Shown here piece by piece: positions 20,239-32,255 of a stretch of DNA of 64,000 bases. Origin of the DNA: an uncultured Pseudomonadota bacterium (GTDB lineage: Bacteria > Oederibacteriota > Muellerivitia > Muellerivitales > Muellerivitaceae). Under the pieces are notes generated by a model, which saw nothing but the letters and a program-made list of their open reading frames with translations, did no database searches and was not told the DNA's origin. The stretch is from assembly GCA_963843375.1 (NCBI GenBank), contig CAWJKT010000008.1, positions 192,001 to 256,000 on the forward strand, read 5' to 3'. The position numbers were made by a program, and so were the translations under genes. Every line of letters starts with the position of its first letter. Position 1 is the stretch's first letter.

Positions 20239-21758
20239 TTCGGGTTTCCTTTCCCCATTTTCGGAATGAGATAAACCCGACTTCTGAAAAATTGGGCCAC
20301 AAACCGGTAAGCGGCCGAAGCGGTGCGGTTTTGAAGACTAGGGTCCTCCATGACATCGGTTAAAAGAGGGACGACCAAACTTTGATCCTCATGAAGAGCC
20401 TCGGCCCCATAGTCTTCCACTAAATGATGATCCACATTATTAAGACGGGGAATATAAAAACTATGCAGGACGACATAGTCGCCAGGCTTGGGTTTGAATT
20501 GGGTGTTTTCCACTAGATAAGGCATCAAGATCACTTTCCGCCCTGACCAATATTGGGTTTTGGGAACCTCATCCGAATATATGACCGCGTCCGAAGGAAG
20601 CGTTTTGAGGAATTCCGAAGAACGTTTAATATCCCCAAATGAGTCATTTTGGCTGATAAGAACGGCCGCCGAATAAAGGAACAGCCAAGAAAGACAGAGC
20701 GTTAAGAGCCCATTCTTCATGAACATCACCCGCACCACCCCGGAGCTTTTATCCAGGCTTTCAAAAAAGGTTTCCAGGTGAAATCCGGCGGCCAAAAGCA
20801 GTAAAGGCAAAAACGGCATCATATGCCGGTCCTGGTAAGTGGCGGGAATAAGGCGGGAAATAAAAACCAGGACGTAGATTTGAAGGATAACTTTTTTAAA
20901 AGCTTCCCCCTCCAGTCCTGGACGCCTCACCATCTTGGCCAAGCCAAGAATCGCGAACCAAAAAACCAGAGGCGTGAAGACATACAAAGGCTGCGACAGG
21001 TAAGCGTAAAAATGGTCGATAAAATTCATGAAAGGGAACATTATCCGACCCGGCCCCTCGGTAAGCCCCATCCCTTCCCGATAAGCCAAAAGAAGGAGCA
21101 TCAGTTTTTGACTTAAAAAATAAACAGGCGCGGACCAAATCAATATCAAACCCACACCTCTTTTCCAAAGGCCGTCTTTGGAAAGCCCGATTCCCAAAAC
21201 CAAAATCCAGGGAAGCAAAAGAATTCCCTCGGGGCGGGTTAAGACAGCAACCGCTCCAGCGATGCAGGCTCCCCACCAGGCTTCCTGGCTTTTATGGACA
21301 TAAACCACGGTGAGTCTTTCCAAACACCACCAAAAGGCCGCCAAAAAAAGAGTGTCCGGCATGACCTTCAAGGACCATTGCCAAAGCAAGGGTGAGAATA
21401 AGGCCATTGAACAAATGATCCCCGCCATTTCCATCGGCACCCAACGTCGGGCCAATTTCCACAAAGGGATTAAAAAGAAAAGTCCTGCCAAAGAAGAAAG
21501 AATTCGTCCCCAAAGCCAGCCGGCAAAGCCCAATTGCTCTCCCACCCATAAAAGGGCGGGATATCCCGGCATGATGACAAAGCGGGGAGTTTGAACCAAA
21601 TCGGGTGAAAAATAAGTCAAGCTTAACACCCCGTCGGTGGTTTCAGCCGAGGCCAGTTTAAGCATTGGAACGCGAACCAGTAACCCGATGAAAACCAGGA
21701 ACCAGAACCATTGGGTTTCGGTCAATTGTCGGGGCCTTAATGATCTGGTTTCGGTCAT
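20235..21758 (-). CDS. GT-C fold (ArnT/PMT-like) membrane glycosyltransferase
   Basis: Multiple TM helices, acidic first loop (ETTDG), PGYP, TRPEG and DRHMMP motifs. Confidence 0.65.
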   Translation of the reverse strand: MTETRSLRPRQLTETQWFWFLVFIGLLVRVPMLKLASAETTDGVLSLTYFSPDLVQTPRFVIMPGYPALLWVGEQLGFAGWLWGRILSSLAGLFFLIPLWKLARRWVPMEMAGIICSMALFSPLLWQWSLKVMPDTLFLAAFWWCLERLTVVYVHKSQEAWWGACIAGAVAVLTRPEGILLLPWILVLGIGLSKDGLWKRGVGLILIWSAPVYFLSQKLMLLLLAYREGMGLTEGPGRIMFPFMNFIDHFYAYLSQPLYVFTPLVFWFAILGLAKMVRRPGLEGEAFKKVILQIYVLVFISRLIPATYQDRHMMPFLPLLLLAAGFHLETFFESLDKSSGVVRVMFMKNGLLTLCLSWLFLYSAAVLISQNDSFGDIKRSSEFLKTLPSDAVIYSDEVPKTQYWSGRKVILMPYLVENTQFKPKPGDYVVLHSFYIPRLNNVDHHLVEDYGAEALHEDQSLVVPLLTDVMEDPSLQNRTASAAYRFVAQFFRSRVYLIPKMGKGNPK

Positions 21759-22153
21759 TTTTTCTTTCTGATTTGAGAGGATTCAAAAATCACAGTGGCG
21801 GTTGCGTCCCGTTTGCTGTGGGCGATGGTCAAATGCATTCGGTCGATTTTTCGCTGGGATCTTAACTTTTCCATGATGCCTGTCAATTTCAGCGTAGGCT
21901 TACCGGAAATTTCTCGAACCACTTCTATTTGTGTCCACTTCCATCGTCCCCCGAAACCATGACTGAAAGCTTTAATGACCGCTTCTTTCGCGGCGAAACG
22001 TCCGGCCAAGGAGGGATAAGGATCACTTTTACGGAGGCAATACTCGGATTCGCCACGAGTGAAAAGGCGCTCAATGAAGCGCTGGCCATGTTTCAAATGG
22101 GCCTGTTTCACCCGCTCAATTTCAATTAAATCCACACCCAATCCCACAATCAT
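21755..22153 (-). CDS. acpS: Holo-[acyl-carrier-protein] synthase
   Basis: GLGVDLIEI, AGRFAAKEAVIKA, GKP, LTIAHS. Confidence 0.95.
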   Translation of the reverse strand: MIVGLGVDLIEIERVKQAHLKHGQRFIERLFTRGESEYCLRKSDPYPSLAGRFAAKEAVIKAFSHGFGGRWKWTQIEVVREISGKPTLKLTGIMEKLRSQRKIDRMHLTIAHSKRDATATVIFESSQIRKKK

Positions 22154-22220
22154 GTTGCATACCCTTTTACGACAAGAACAATGACCCCATTTTATCTTTA
22201 CGAAGGATTCAAATCCAAGG

Positions 22221-22559
22221 TTACATTTGGGAAGAAGGGTATTTCACCCATATCTTACCGTTTTCGATCTTAACCTCATATACGGCAATTCGGTCATCCG
22301 AAATGCCTTTGGTGGCTTTTCCGGTGGCCAAGTCGAAAGTCCATTGGTGTAGGGGGCAGACGACGCAGTTGCCGTACAGGGTTCCCCTGCCCAAATAGCC
22401 CCCCACATGGGGGCAATCATTATCAATGGCGTAGACTTTTCCGTACCTTTTGACGACTGCGATTCGATGGCCTTTGATATTCACGATCTCCATGCTGTTG
22501 TCGGCCAGGGTGGTTTCAGTGAGCACTTCATGAAAAGAAGAAGGAATATCGGAATTCAC
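22221..22559 (-). CDS. Small Rieske [2Fe-2S] ferredoxin
   Basis: CPHVGG...CPLHQWTFD Rieske ligand motifs. Confidence 0.9.
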   Translation of the reverse strand: MNSDIPSSFHEVLTETTLADNSMEIVNIKGHRIAVVKRYGKVYAIDNDCPHVGGYLGRGTLYGNCVVCPLHQWTFDLATGKATKGISDDRIAVYEVKIENGKIWVKYPSSQM

Positions 22560-22582
22560 ATGCGGCTCCAGGAAGAGCAGTC

Positions 22583-22999
22583 TTATTTTTTGAGGGCTTG
22601 AGCTTCTTCGACAACCTTCAAACGAGCTTCGGCGCGGGCGAGGGCAAGCCGGGCGGCATTGAGATCCGTGCCTTCTTTTTTAGCTGTCAACAAGTCTTCG
22701 GCTAATTTCTTATTTTTGCGGGTTTCTTCCACGTCAATCATGTCAGCTTTCACATATTCCTCCGCTAATACAATTACCGAAGAAGCGTTTACTTCCACGA
22801 AGCCCCCAGCCACGAAATAAAGCTCCCTTTCCTGGCCTTTGATAATACGTAGAGTTCCTGGTTTGAGCGCGGACAAAAGGGACATATGGCCGGCCATAAC
22901 CCCGAACTCCCCAACTTCTCCGGGAAGAACCGCCAGACTCACTTCCTCCGTGATCGCGGGCGCATCGGGGGCAACGACTTGAAATTTGAATGTCTTCAT
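22583..22999 (-). CDS. atpC: ATP synthase F1 epsilon subunit
   Basis: LPGEVGEFGVMAGH, GGFVEV, last gene of the atp operon. Confidence 0.95.
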   Translation of the reverse strand: MKTFKFQVVAPDAPAITEEVSLAVLPGEVGEFGVMAGHMSLLSALKPGTLRIIKGQERELYFVAGGFVEVNASSVIVLAEEYVKADMIDVEETRKNKKLAEDLLTAKKEGTDLNAARLALARAEARLKVVEEAQALKK

Positions 23000-23019
23000 A
23001 AAACCTCGTAAGAACCGGA

Positions 23020-25341
<2,322 letters not shown>

Positions 25342-25395
25342 GGATTACCTTATTCCAGTCCCAGCTCTTCGCGCTGGCTTCGGGCGAGCCGCTTC

Positions 25396-26907
25396 TTAGT
25401 AATAACTTTTTGCGTATTCGGTGATGGCCGCCGACAACTTCGCCTTGGTTTCCTCCGTCAAGTCGCCCTTTTCTTTAATGTCCTTTAAGATGTCCGGGTT
25501 CTTGGCTTTCAAGTGGGACAAGAGACCCGTTTCAAAAGCTTTCACTTTATCCACCGGCAAGGGATCCAGGAAACCATTGTTTCCAGCGAAAATAGAAGCC
25601 ACTTGGTCTTCCATTTCCATAGGCGCGTATTGGGGCTGTTTCAACAGTTCCACCAAGCGAGCTCCCCGGTTTAATTGGGCCATGGAGGCTTTGTCCAACT
25701 CGGCTCCAAATTGGGCAAAAGCGGCCAGTTCGTTATATTGGGCCATGTCTAATTTCAATTTCCCGGCAACCTTTTTAGTGGCCTTGGTTTGGGCATTGCC
25801 GCCGACGCGGGAAACGGAGATACCTACGTTGATAGCCGGACGGATGCCCGAATTGAAAAGGTTGGATTCAAGAAAGATTTGCCCATCGGTGATGGAAATA
25901 ACGTTAGTGGGGATATAAGCCGTCACGTCTCCGGCCTGAGTTTCGATGATGGGAAGGGCCGTGAGCGATCCTCCTCCCAGCTTGTCGTTTAGTTTGCAAG
26001 CCCTTTCCAACAAACGGGAATGAAGGTAAAACACGTCGCCCGGATAAGCCTCGCGGCCCGGCGGGCGGCGGAGCAAAAGGGACAACTCACGATAGGCGAC
26101 GGCCTGCTTGGACAAATCGTCATAAACGATCAAGGCATGACCACCGTTATAAGTGAATTCCTCTGCCACGGCGCATCCAGCGTAAGGGGCGATGTATTGG
26201 AGGGGAGCGGGGTCGGAAGCGGTGGCGGAAACAATGATGCAATAATTCAAAGCATCATGTTCTTCCAAGGTGCGGATGATTTGTGCCACGGTGGATTGCT
26301 TTTGTCCGATGGCCACGTAGACACATATCACATTCTTTCCCTTGAGATTCAAAATCGCATCGATGGCTACCGCGGTTTTCCCCGTCTGCCTATCGCCGAT
26401 GATCAATTCCCTCTGTCCCCGGCCAATGGGGATCATACAATCGATGGCCTTGATGCCCGTGTGAAGGGGCTGCTTGACCGGTTGACGCTCGATAACGCCT
26501 GGCGCACGGATTTCAAGACGGCGGGTATGGGAGGCCTTCAAGGGGCCTTTGCCGTCCAAAGGCTGCCCCAGCGGATTGACCACCCGGCCCAAAAGTTCCT
26601 TTCCGGTTGGAATCTCCGCGATACGCCCCGTCAAATGAACCGGATCGCCCTCTTTGACTTTCGTTGTGTCTCCCATCAAAACCGCTCCGACCGAATCGGT
26701 TTCCAGGTTGAAGGCGATGCCGTAAACCTCGTTAGGGAATTTGAGCAATTCTCCGGCCATGGCGTTTTTGAGTCCGTAAATGACCGCCACTCCATCGCCC
26801 ACTTTGAGAACCTCGCCCAATTGGGCCAGTTCCGCCTCGGGCTTAAATTCTTCGATTCGGGATTTTAGGATCTTGGTTACTTCATCCGCTTGAAGGGCCA
26901 CTTCCAT
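25396..26907 (-). CDS. atpA: ATP synthase F1 alpha subunit
   Basis: [31 protein letters not shown]. Confidence 0.98.
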   Translation of the reverse strand: MEVALQADEVTKILKSRIEEFKPEAELAQLGEVLKVGDGVAVIYGLKNAMAGELLKFPNEVYGIAFNLETDSVGAVLMGDTTKVKEGDPVHLTGRIAEIPTGKELLGRVVNPLGQPLDGKGPLKASHTRRLEIRAPGVIERQPVKQPLHTGIKAIDCMIPIGRGQRELIIGDRQTGKTAVAIDAILNLKGKNVICVYVAIGQKQSTVAQIIRTLEEHDALNYCIIVSATASDPAPLQYIAPYAGCAVAEEFTYNGGHALIVYDDLSKQAVAYRELSLLLRRPPGREAYPGDVFYLHSRLLERACKLNDKLGGGSLTALPIIETQAGDVTAYIPTNVISITDGQIFLESNLFNSGIRPAINVGISVSRVGGNAQTKATKKVAGKLKLDMAQYNELAAFAQFGAELDKASMAQLNRGARLVELLKQPQYAPMEMEDQVASIFAGNNGFLDPLPVDKVKAFETGLLSHLKAKNPDILKDIKEKGDLTEETKAKLSAAITEYAKSYY

Positions 26908-26916
26908 CCTCCGGTT

Positions 26917-27462
26917 TTATTCTATTTCCACTTTCAACAAACGTTGTTTCATGCGTTCCAACTGGCCCAAGACGCTTCCATCCATGCGCTGGTCGCCCAA
27001 GTAAATCATCATTCCGCCGATTAAGTCCGGCTTCACTTCTTCTTTTAACTCCACTACTACCCCGAACATTTGGGACAATTTTTCGGTCAATGTCCTTTTT
27101 TGGTCGGCAACTAATGGCAGCGCTGTCAAAACTCGGGCGATGGCTTTGCCCTTCATTTGATAAAGAAGACGCTCGTAATGGTCCGCCACGGCTTTCAGAT
27201 GCTTGATGCGTTTTTTCATGATCAGGAGCATGAGAAAATTTTCCATTGTGGCGGAAAGCTTTTCGCCCAAAAAACCCCTGAGCGCCTCCAACTTCTCCCC
27301 TGTTTTAATCCGGGGATGCTCCAAGGTTTTTTTGAGCTCGGGGTTTTGCTCTACCAGTTTTTGGATCAATTGGATTTCAGCGCCGATGGCATCCACCGTT
27401 TTTTGTTCCTGTGCCACCTGCAAGAGCGCCACCGCATACTTTTCAGCTATAACTGTTTCCAT
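26917..27462 (-). CDS. atpH: ATP synthase F1 delta subunit
   Basis: AEKYAVAL, LIGGM...DGSV; RBS before ATG 27462. Confidence 0.92.
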   Translation of the reverse strand: METVIAEKYAVALLQVAQEQKTVDAIGAEIQLIQKLVEQNPELKKTLEHPRIKTGEKLEALRGFLGEKLSATMENFLMLLIMKKRIKHLKAVADHYERLLYQMKGKAIARVLTALPLVADQKRTLTEKLSQMFGVVVELKEEVKPDLIGGMMIYLGDQRMDGSVLGQLERMKQRLLKVEIE

Positions 27463-27495
27463 ATTCCCCCTCACAACGGCTTAAGATTGAATCGC

Positions 27496-27984
27496 CTAGT
27501 TCTTTCGGCCGCTCAATTCCTTGACGCTTTCCTGGACCAGTCTTTCCTGTGCTTTTGCGTCCACAGAGGACCGGAGTATTTTTTCGGCGATCGCGACCGC
27601 CATATTCCCCACTTCTTTTTGAAGGGATTGGGTCACCGCCAAGCGCTCGCTTTCGATGGCCTTCCGGGCTTCAGCCAGGATCAATTCGGCTTCTTTGCGA
27701 GCGACTTGGATGACTTCATCCCGGGAATGGGCCGCGTCTTGACGGGATCTTTGCAAAATATCGGCGATATTTTGCTCCAATTCTTTTACTTTTTTTTCAA
27801 AATCCGCCTTTAGGACCTCCGCTTCCTTTTGACGCTTTTCTGCGGTGGTCAATTGGTCTTCAATCCTTTTTTGTCGGCTATCCATCCAACCCTTCAATTG
27901 CGGAAGGAAGATTTTGGAAGACAGCCACATTCCCACGAGGAAAGTCGCCAACTGCAAGAGAAATACATTCAGGTTAAATTCCAT
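27496..27984 (-). CDS. atpF: ATP synthase Fo subunit b
   Basis: N-terminal TM followed by a long charged helix (MDSRQKRIEDQL); operon position. Confidence 0.92.
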   Translation of the reverse strand: MEFNLNVFLLQLATFLVGMWLSSKIFLPQLKGWMDSRQKRIEDQLTTAEKRQKEAEVLKADFEKKVKELEQNIADILQRSRQDAAHSRDEVIQVARKEAELILAEARKAIESERLAVTQSLQKEVGNMAVAIAEKILRSSVDAKAQERLVQESVKELSGRKN

Positions 27985-28054
27985 GACTTATCTTTTCCTC
28001 AAGTTCAAATATACCGGGGATTTTAAGCTCCAGGCAAAATGGCAGTAAAATTCT

Positions 28055-28408
28055 TCAGTTAATGAACAGATCCTTAAAGGGATTCGCATAAATCAAAATC
28101 ATGGCCACGGCCAAGGCATAGATACAAAGGGATTCGATAAATGCCAAGCCGATGAACATGTTGGTCTGGATGGTATTCACCATCTCCGGCTGGCGGGCCA
28201 TGGCTTCCAGGGCTTTGCCGACTGCCGTTCCTTGCCCAATTCCTGCACCAATAGCTCCTAATCCGATTGCCAATCCGGCTCCCAAGACGGTCATACCGAA
28301 AAACCAAACGCTTCCATCGGCGGCTTTTCCTGCTTGTCCCGCCCAAACCGCACCATTTATCGTCAGGAAAACAACCGTCAAGGCCAACAACGTCAAAAAC
28401 TTTCTCAT
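28055..28408 (-). CDS. atpE: ATP synthase Fo subunit c with N-terminal signal-like extension
   Basis: GAIGAGIGQG, ARQPE loop, FIESLCIY. Confidence 0.96.
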   Translation of the reverse strand: MRKFLTLLALTVVFLTINGAVWAGQAGKAADGSVWFFGMTVLGAGLAIGLGAIGAGIGQGTAVGKALEAMARQPEMVNTIQTNMFIGLAFIESLCIYALAVAMILIYANPFKDLFIN

Positions 28409-28497
28409 CTTCGTCTCCTTAAAATGGTTTCACGAATCCCCAAAGGCAAGCGGGGGCAAGCCTAGGAGGAATTCCGCTTGCGCGGAAACGTCGTCTG

Positions 28498-29325
28498 TCA
28501 ATCGTTGGCGAGAATACCCTCTTGGTTCGCTTCACCATGTTCCTCGTGTTCCTGTATAGCTGACCCAATGTAAACCATTGAAAGAAACATAAAAACAAAA
28601 CCCTGCATAAACGAAACAAAAACCCCCAAAACAATGATCAAAAACCGCAAAATAAATGGAAACACCACAAAGGCCTTGGACATCGGAGTGAGGTTCCACA
28701 AGATCATGACGAGAAGAATGGAAACCCCAAGGATTTTTTCCTTTCCCATCATGTTTCCAAACAACCGCAAGGTAAGAGAAACCGGTTTAACGAGTTCCCC
28801 CACTAAGTGGATAGCCGGCATCATGATCAGGAGTCCCAGTGAAATGACGCGAACCATGATTTTGAGCCAAAGTGGGGAATGAGGATCCACCGAAATAGGG
28901 GGGGGGAGATAATGGGATAGGTATTTCCCCAATCCTTTTTCTTTTATTCCAAAATAATGGGTGGAAAGAAAAACAATCAGAGCCATGCCTACATTAACGT
29001 CCACCCGGCTCGTCGGCGACATTGAACCCGGGATAAGTCCCATTAAATTCGAAAAAAAGATGAAAAGAAAAAGATAAAAAAAGAGGGGAAAAAAGAAAGG
29101 TGCGTGCTTGCCTACCTGCGGTTCGGCCATGCTTTGGACAAAATCCACCACCATCTCAAAAAAATTCTGAAGACCCACCGGCACCAATTTCATGTTACGA
29201 CAGGCCAACCCCAGCAGAATAATTAAAAGAAGCGAAACAAACCAGGAAACCGTCAAAGCGTTGATGGCGTTATCCAACCCCAGGAAATGAAATGGAATAA
29301 AAATAGGGCTTTCGGCTGACTCCAT
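28498..29325 (-). CDS. atpB: ATP synthase Fo subunit a
   Basis: QNFFE, SNLMGLIP, KPVSLTLRLFGNM and MQGFVF. Confidence 0.96.
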   Translation of the reverse strand: MESAESPIFIPFHFLGLDNAINALTVSWFVSLLLIILLGLACRNMKLVPVGLQNFFEMVVDFVQSMAEPQVGKHAPFFFPLFFYLFLFIFFSNLMGLIPGSMSPTSRVDVNVGMALIVFLSTHYFGIKEKGLGKYLSHYLPPPISVDPHSPLWLKIMVRVISLGLLIMMPAIHLVGELVKPVSLTLRLFGNMMGKEKILGVSILLVMILWNLTPMSKAFVVFPFILRFLIIVLGVFVSFMQGFVFMFLSMVYIGSAIQEHEEHGEANQEGILAND

Positions 29326-29432
29326 AACAGAAACCTTTCGTTGGTCATTCGACTTCTTTGTGGGATGAGGGATAGGTGTTCGAAAGATGCTTTAACGAAA
29401 AAACTTTATAAAAAGCTTCCCAAAGCGGGGGT

Positions 29433-29461
29433 AGTCTAATGATTTCCCCAAGAATGGTCAA
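29433..29461 (-). promoter_or_regulatory. Sigma70-type promoter upstream of atpB
   Basis: Minus strand TTGACC (29461-29456), 17-nt spacer, TAGACT (29438-29433). Confidence 0.55.
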
Positions 29462-29487
29462 CCCTCGTCAAAACAAAAAATATTTTT

Positions 29488-29922
29488 TCATACCGGTTTT
29501 ACAAAGTTTTTAGAGGAGAAAGCGAATCGCCATTGGGCCAAACCCAAAACCAACAAAAACCAAAGATAACTTCCAACCGCCGCAAGGAGGCAAGCAGGGG
29601 AAACGAGTAAAAGAACTCGACAAGCGGCCACCAAAGTCAGCCAACGAATAATGTTCCAAAACCAAAATAACTTCCGGCCTTTTTCCCCCAACTTTAGGAC
29701 TTTTCCTGTCAACGATTGCAAGGCATAAAGATTGAGGGTGGAAAGAAGGCTTCCAAGAAAGATACCTATAGCAAGTTCCTGCTTTTGAAGAAAAAAAAAC
29801 ACAAGGGAACCGGCCACCCCTCCAAAAAGGTTAACCACCACGACAAATCCCATCCAATTGATCATTGGATGAGAATGCCGATTAGGTTTTATTTTAGATC
29901 GGTTCAAGTTTGGTGAAGTCAT
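29488..29922 (-). CDS. atpI: ATP synthase I-like 4-TM accessory protein
   Basis: Four hydrophobic helices, G..LG..LS.LN pattern, position before atpB. Confidence 0.75.
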   Translation of the reverse strand: MTSPNLNRSKIKPNRHSHPMINWMGFVVVVNLFGGVAGSLVFFFLQKQELAIGIFLGSLLSTLNLYALQSLTGKVLKLGEKGRKLFWFWNIIRWLTLVAACRVLLLVSPACLLAAVGSYLWFLLVLGLAQWRFAFSSKNFVKPV

Positions 29923-30158
29923 CGGGAGGGGGGGGGTCTTGAAGTGCCCCCCAGTGCTTTTAGGTCCTCAAATAAAAGAAAATAACTTGTCAAAACCCCG
30001 AATAAAAAACCTACCATCATAATCCAATCGCCCAGGTGAAAAAATCTTTTTAACAACCAGCCAAGTCCCATACCAGCGAAAGTACACAAGACAAAATTTA
30101 TTCCAAGGGTGGAGAGTCGTAAGAGATTGGCGCCGGTGGATAGTTTTCCCTTGTCCAT
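29919..30158 (-). CDS. AtpZ/AtpI-family 2-TM protein
   Basis: STLGINFV...GMGLGWLL...W pattern; position at the start of the atp genes. Confidence 0.75.
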   Translation of the reverse strand: MDKGKLSTGANLLRLSTLGINFVLCTFAGMGLGWLLKRFFHLGDWIMMVGFLFGVLTSYFLLFEDLKALGGTSRPPPSR

Positions 30159-30430
30159 TTACCGTCCTTTTCAATATGAAACGCTGCCTTGATGTACACA
30201 TCCTCGGGCTTCAGCAGGGACTCGGCCTTGGGCCGATCTTCCTTCACGATTACCAAGCCCAATCCACAGTCATCTTGGATATCCCGAGGACGGGGAATTA
30301 GTTTGAAACGCATCCGGCCGCCCTTCAAGATCGATTCGGCGTGCATGGTTTCGTGGGTGGTGTGGAACAGCAAAACGAAATGTTTATCCGTTAACGCCAA
30401 TCGGCCGGGCGGGGATTGGGACGTCGCCAT
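30098..30430 (-). CDS. DUF3343 family protein
   Basis: LFHTTHETMHAE and LIPRPRDIQDDCGLGL motifs. The C-terminus overlaps the next gene, possibly because of an indel. Confidence 0.75.
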   Translation of the reverse strand: MATSQSPPGRLALTDKHFVLLFHTTHETMHAESILKGGRMRFKLIPRPRDIQDDCGLGLVIVKEDRPKAESLLKPEDVYIKAAFHIEKDGKWTRENYPPAPISYDSPPLE

Positions 30431-30498
30431 CTCGGCTCCTTTAAAGCACCGGAGGGCGGATCAGCCTTCAACCCTCAATAAAGCAGTTTCGGAATTAA

Positions 30499-30990
30499 CT
30501 AAGTCTGTCCGGGGAAATTAAAGTCCTTGGGCGAAAGGTTTTCAAGGAACTTTTTAAACTCGCTCATTTCCTCTTTATATTTTTCCTTATCTACAATGGT
30601 GGCATTCACCACCACTTTTTCGGCGACGAAAATAGGTGAGCCGGTCCGAAGGGCCAGGGCAATGGCATCCGAAGGGCGGGCGTCGATTTCGGTCTTCTCG
30701 GGCGCTCCAGGGATTTCCAAAAAAACGCGGGCAAAGAACGTATTTTGGTGAATGTCGTTTACGAGTACCTTAGCGACTTTAGCCCCCAGGGCATCAATAA
30801 TGTTCTTTAAAAGATCATGGGTCATGGGTCGGGGAATCACTTGTTCTTGGAGCTGGATAAAAATGGCGGTAGCTTCCGCCACCCCAATGGGGATAGGTAA
30901 ATAACGTTTTTCTTCCTCGTCGGTCAAAATAACCATAGGGATCTTTAACCCAGGATCAACGGCGATTCCCCTTACTTTCATTTCAATCAT
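30499..30990 (-). CDS. Bifunctional nuclease (DUF151, DNase/RNase) paralogue 2
   Basis: LPIPIG..EA, RPMTHDL, DARPSDAIALALR. Confidence 0.93.
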   Translation of the reverse strand: MIEMKVRGIAVDPGLKIPMVILTDEEEKRYLPIPIGVAEATAIFIQLQEQVIPRPMTHDLLKNIIDALGAKVAKVLVNDIHQNTFFARVFLEIPGAPEKTEIDARPSDAIALALRTGSPIFVAEKVVVNATIVDKEKYKEEMSEFKKFLENLSPKDFNFPGQT

Positions 30991-31490
30991 GGTTTATTCT
31001 TCCTCGGAATTTTGAAATCGGTTGGGGAAAGATGCTCCAGGAATTTTTTGAATTTAGCCATTTCTTCCTTGTTCTTTTCTTTGTCCACCACAGTAACTCC
31101 TGGGGAAATGACCACTTTTTCCGCCACGAAAATAGGGGAGCCGGTGCGTAAGGCCAAGGCGATTGCGTCCGAGGGCCTGGCATCCAAGTCCACTTTCTCG
31201 CCTGTTTCCGTCCTTTCCAGGAAGAGGCGTGCGAAAAAGGTGTTTTGATTGATGTCGTTCACGAGCACTTTAACCACTTTGCTTCCCATGGCTTCAATAA
31301 TATTCTTCATCAGATCGTGAGACATGGGCCTAGCCGCGGCCTGGCCGCTCAACTGAATAAAGATCGCCGTGGCCTCGGGCACACCAATACATATCGGCAG
31401 GCACATTTTTTCGGCTTGATCGGTTAGGACCACCATGGGCTGCTTGCATTCTTGATCCATCACGATACCACGAACTTTCATCTCAATCAT
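30987..31490 (-). CDS. Bifunctional nuclease (DUF151, DNase/RNase) paralogue 1
   Basis: LPICIG..EA, RPMSHDL, DARPSDAIALALR. Confidence 0.93.
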   Translation of the reverse strand: MIEMKVRGIVMDQECKQPMVVLTDQAEKMCLPICIGVPEATAIFIQLSGQAAARPMSHDLMKNIIEAMGSKVVKVLVNDINQNTFFARLFLERTETGEKVDLDARPSDAIALALRTGSPIFVAEKVVISPGVTVVDKEKNKEEMAKFKKFLEHLSPTDFKIPRKNKP

Positions 31491-31608
31491 AACTTAAACT
31501 CCATTGGCATCACTCAAGTCTGTTTTCACATTTTATCTTGAGAAGCAACAACCGGTATGTTCAAGGGTAGAGGTCAGTCAACCAAAGGGCAAGAGATTCA
31601 GTAAGATA

Positions 31609-31637
31609 ATTATAAGCCCGGTCCGGGCCGCTTTCAA
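31609..31637 (-). promoter_or_regulatory. Near-consensus sigma70 promoter upstream of the DUF151 pair
   Basis: Minus strand TTGAAA (31637-31632), 17-nt spacer, TATAAT (31614-31609). Confidence 0.7.
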
Positions 31638-31670
31638 CGTGGACAATTAAAAAGAATTTTCAAATTCGGA

Positions 31671-32252
31671 TTATTTTGATTTTTTCTTAAGGTCAGTTTC
31701 GCTGAAAACCTGCGCTTCAAAAGCATGAAGATTTATTTTATCCTTCCAAGCGTCGGGAGAAAGCCCCGCCTTAACGCAGGTTTGCTCCAAGAAAGTTTTA
31801 GCGTCCCAATGGTATTCCATCGCCACCTGGGGAAGAAGAAGCCCTGACCGGTTCCCGCGGCTGACGATTAATCCATGGACACCTACTTGTATTTGAGATA
31901 ACTCCACCGACTTGGGGACGGTTAAAACGGAAATCTCAATTTCAATGTGGGGTAATTCCTCAGCCCGAACGGGTGGAAAGCGGGGATCTTGAAAAGCCGC
32001 GCTAATGGCGGCTTCCTGAACGGCTTCGGCCAGGGGTTTTACTGGATAAGGAAAACCAATACAACCTCGTAATTCTTCCAGCCATAGGGTCACAAAGGTT
32101 CCCCTTTTTTCCCGCAAAAGAGGCGAAAGTGACTCTATCGCCGGAAGCCGCCGTCCTTTTTGAAGTGTCATCTGGATAGAATGGCGGGCCAATTCCAACA
32201 AAACTTTTTGATCCGTTGATGAAATCACTTCTTTCGGGTTCATGGGATCCAT
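31671..32252 (-). CDS. amrA: AMMECR1-family protein (AmmeMemoRadiSam protein A)
   Basis: GTFVT, LRGCIG, DPRFPPV, GLLLPQVA, KAGL. Confidence 0.92.
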   Translation of the reverse strand: MDPMNPKEVISSTDQKVLLELARHSIQMTLQKGRRLPAIESLSPLLREKRGTFVTLWLEELRGCIGFPYPVKPLAEAVQEAAISAAFQDPRFPPVRAEELPHIEIEISVLTVPKSVELSQIQVGVHGLIVSRGNRSGLLLPQVAMEYHWDAKTFLEQTCVKAGLSPDAWKDKINLHAFEAQVFSETDLKKKSK

Positions 32253-32255
32253 TCC

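Noticed and set aside
26020..27813. Long plus-strand ORFs opposite the atp genes (similar ones lie opposite the porin and RND genes)
   Set aside because: Antisense frames of well-supported genes, with no recognisable motifs.
31630..31647. parS-like TTTCAACGTGGACA
   Set aside because: Too many mismatches; better explained as the -35 of the DUF151 promoter.
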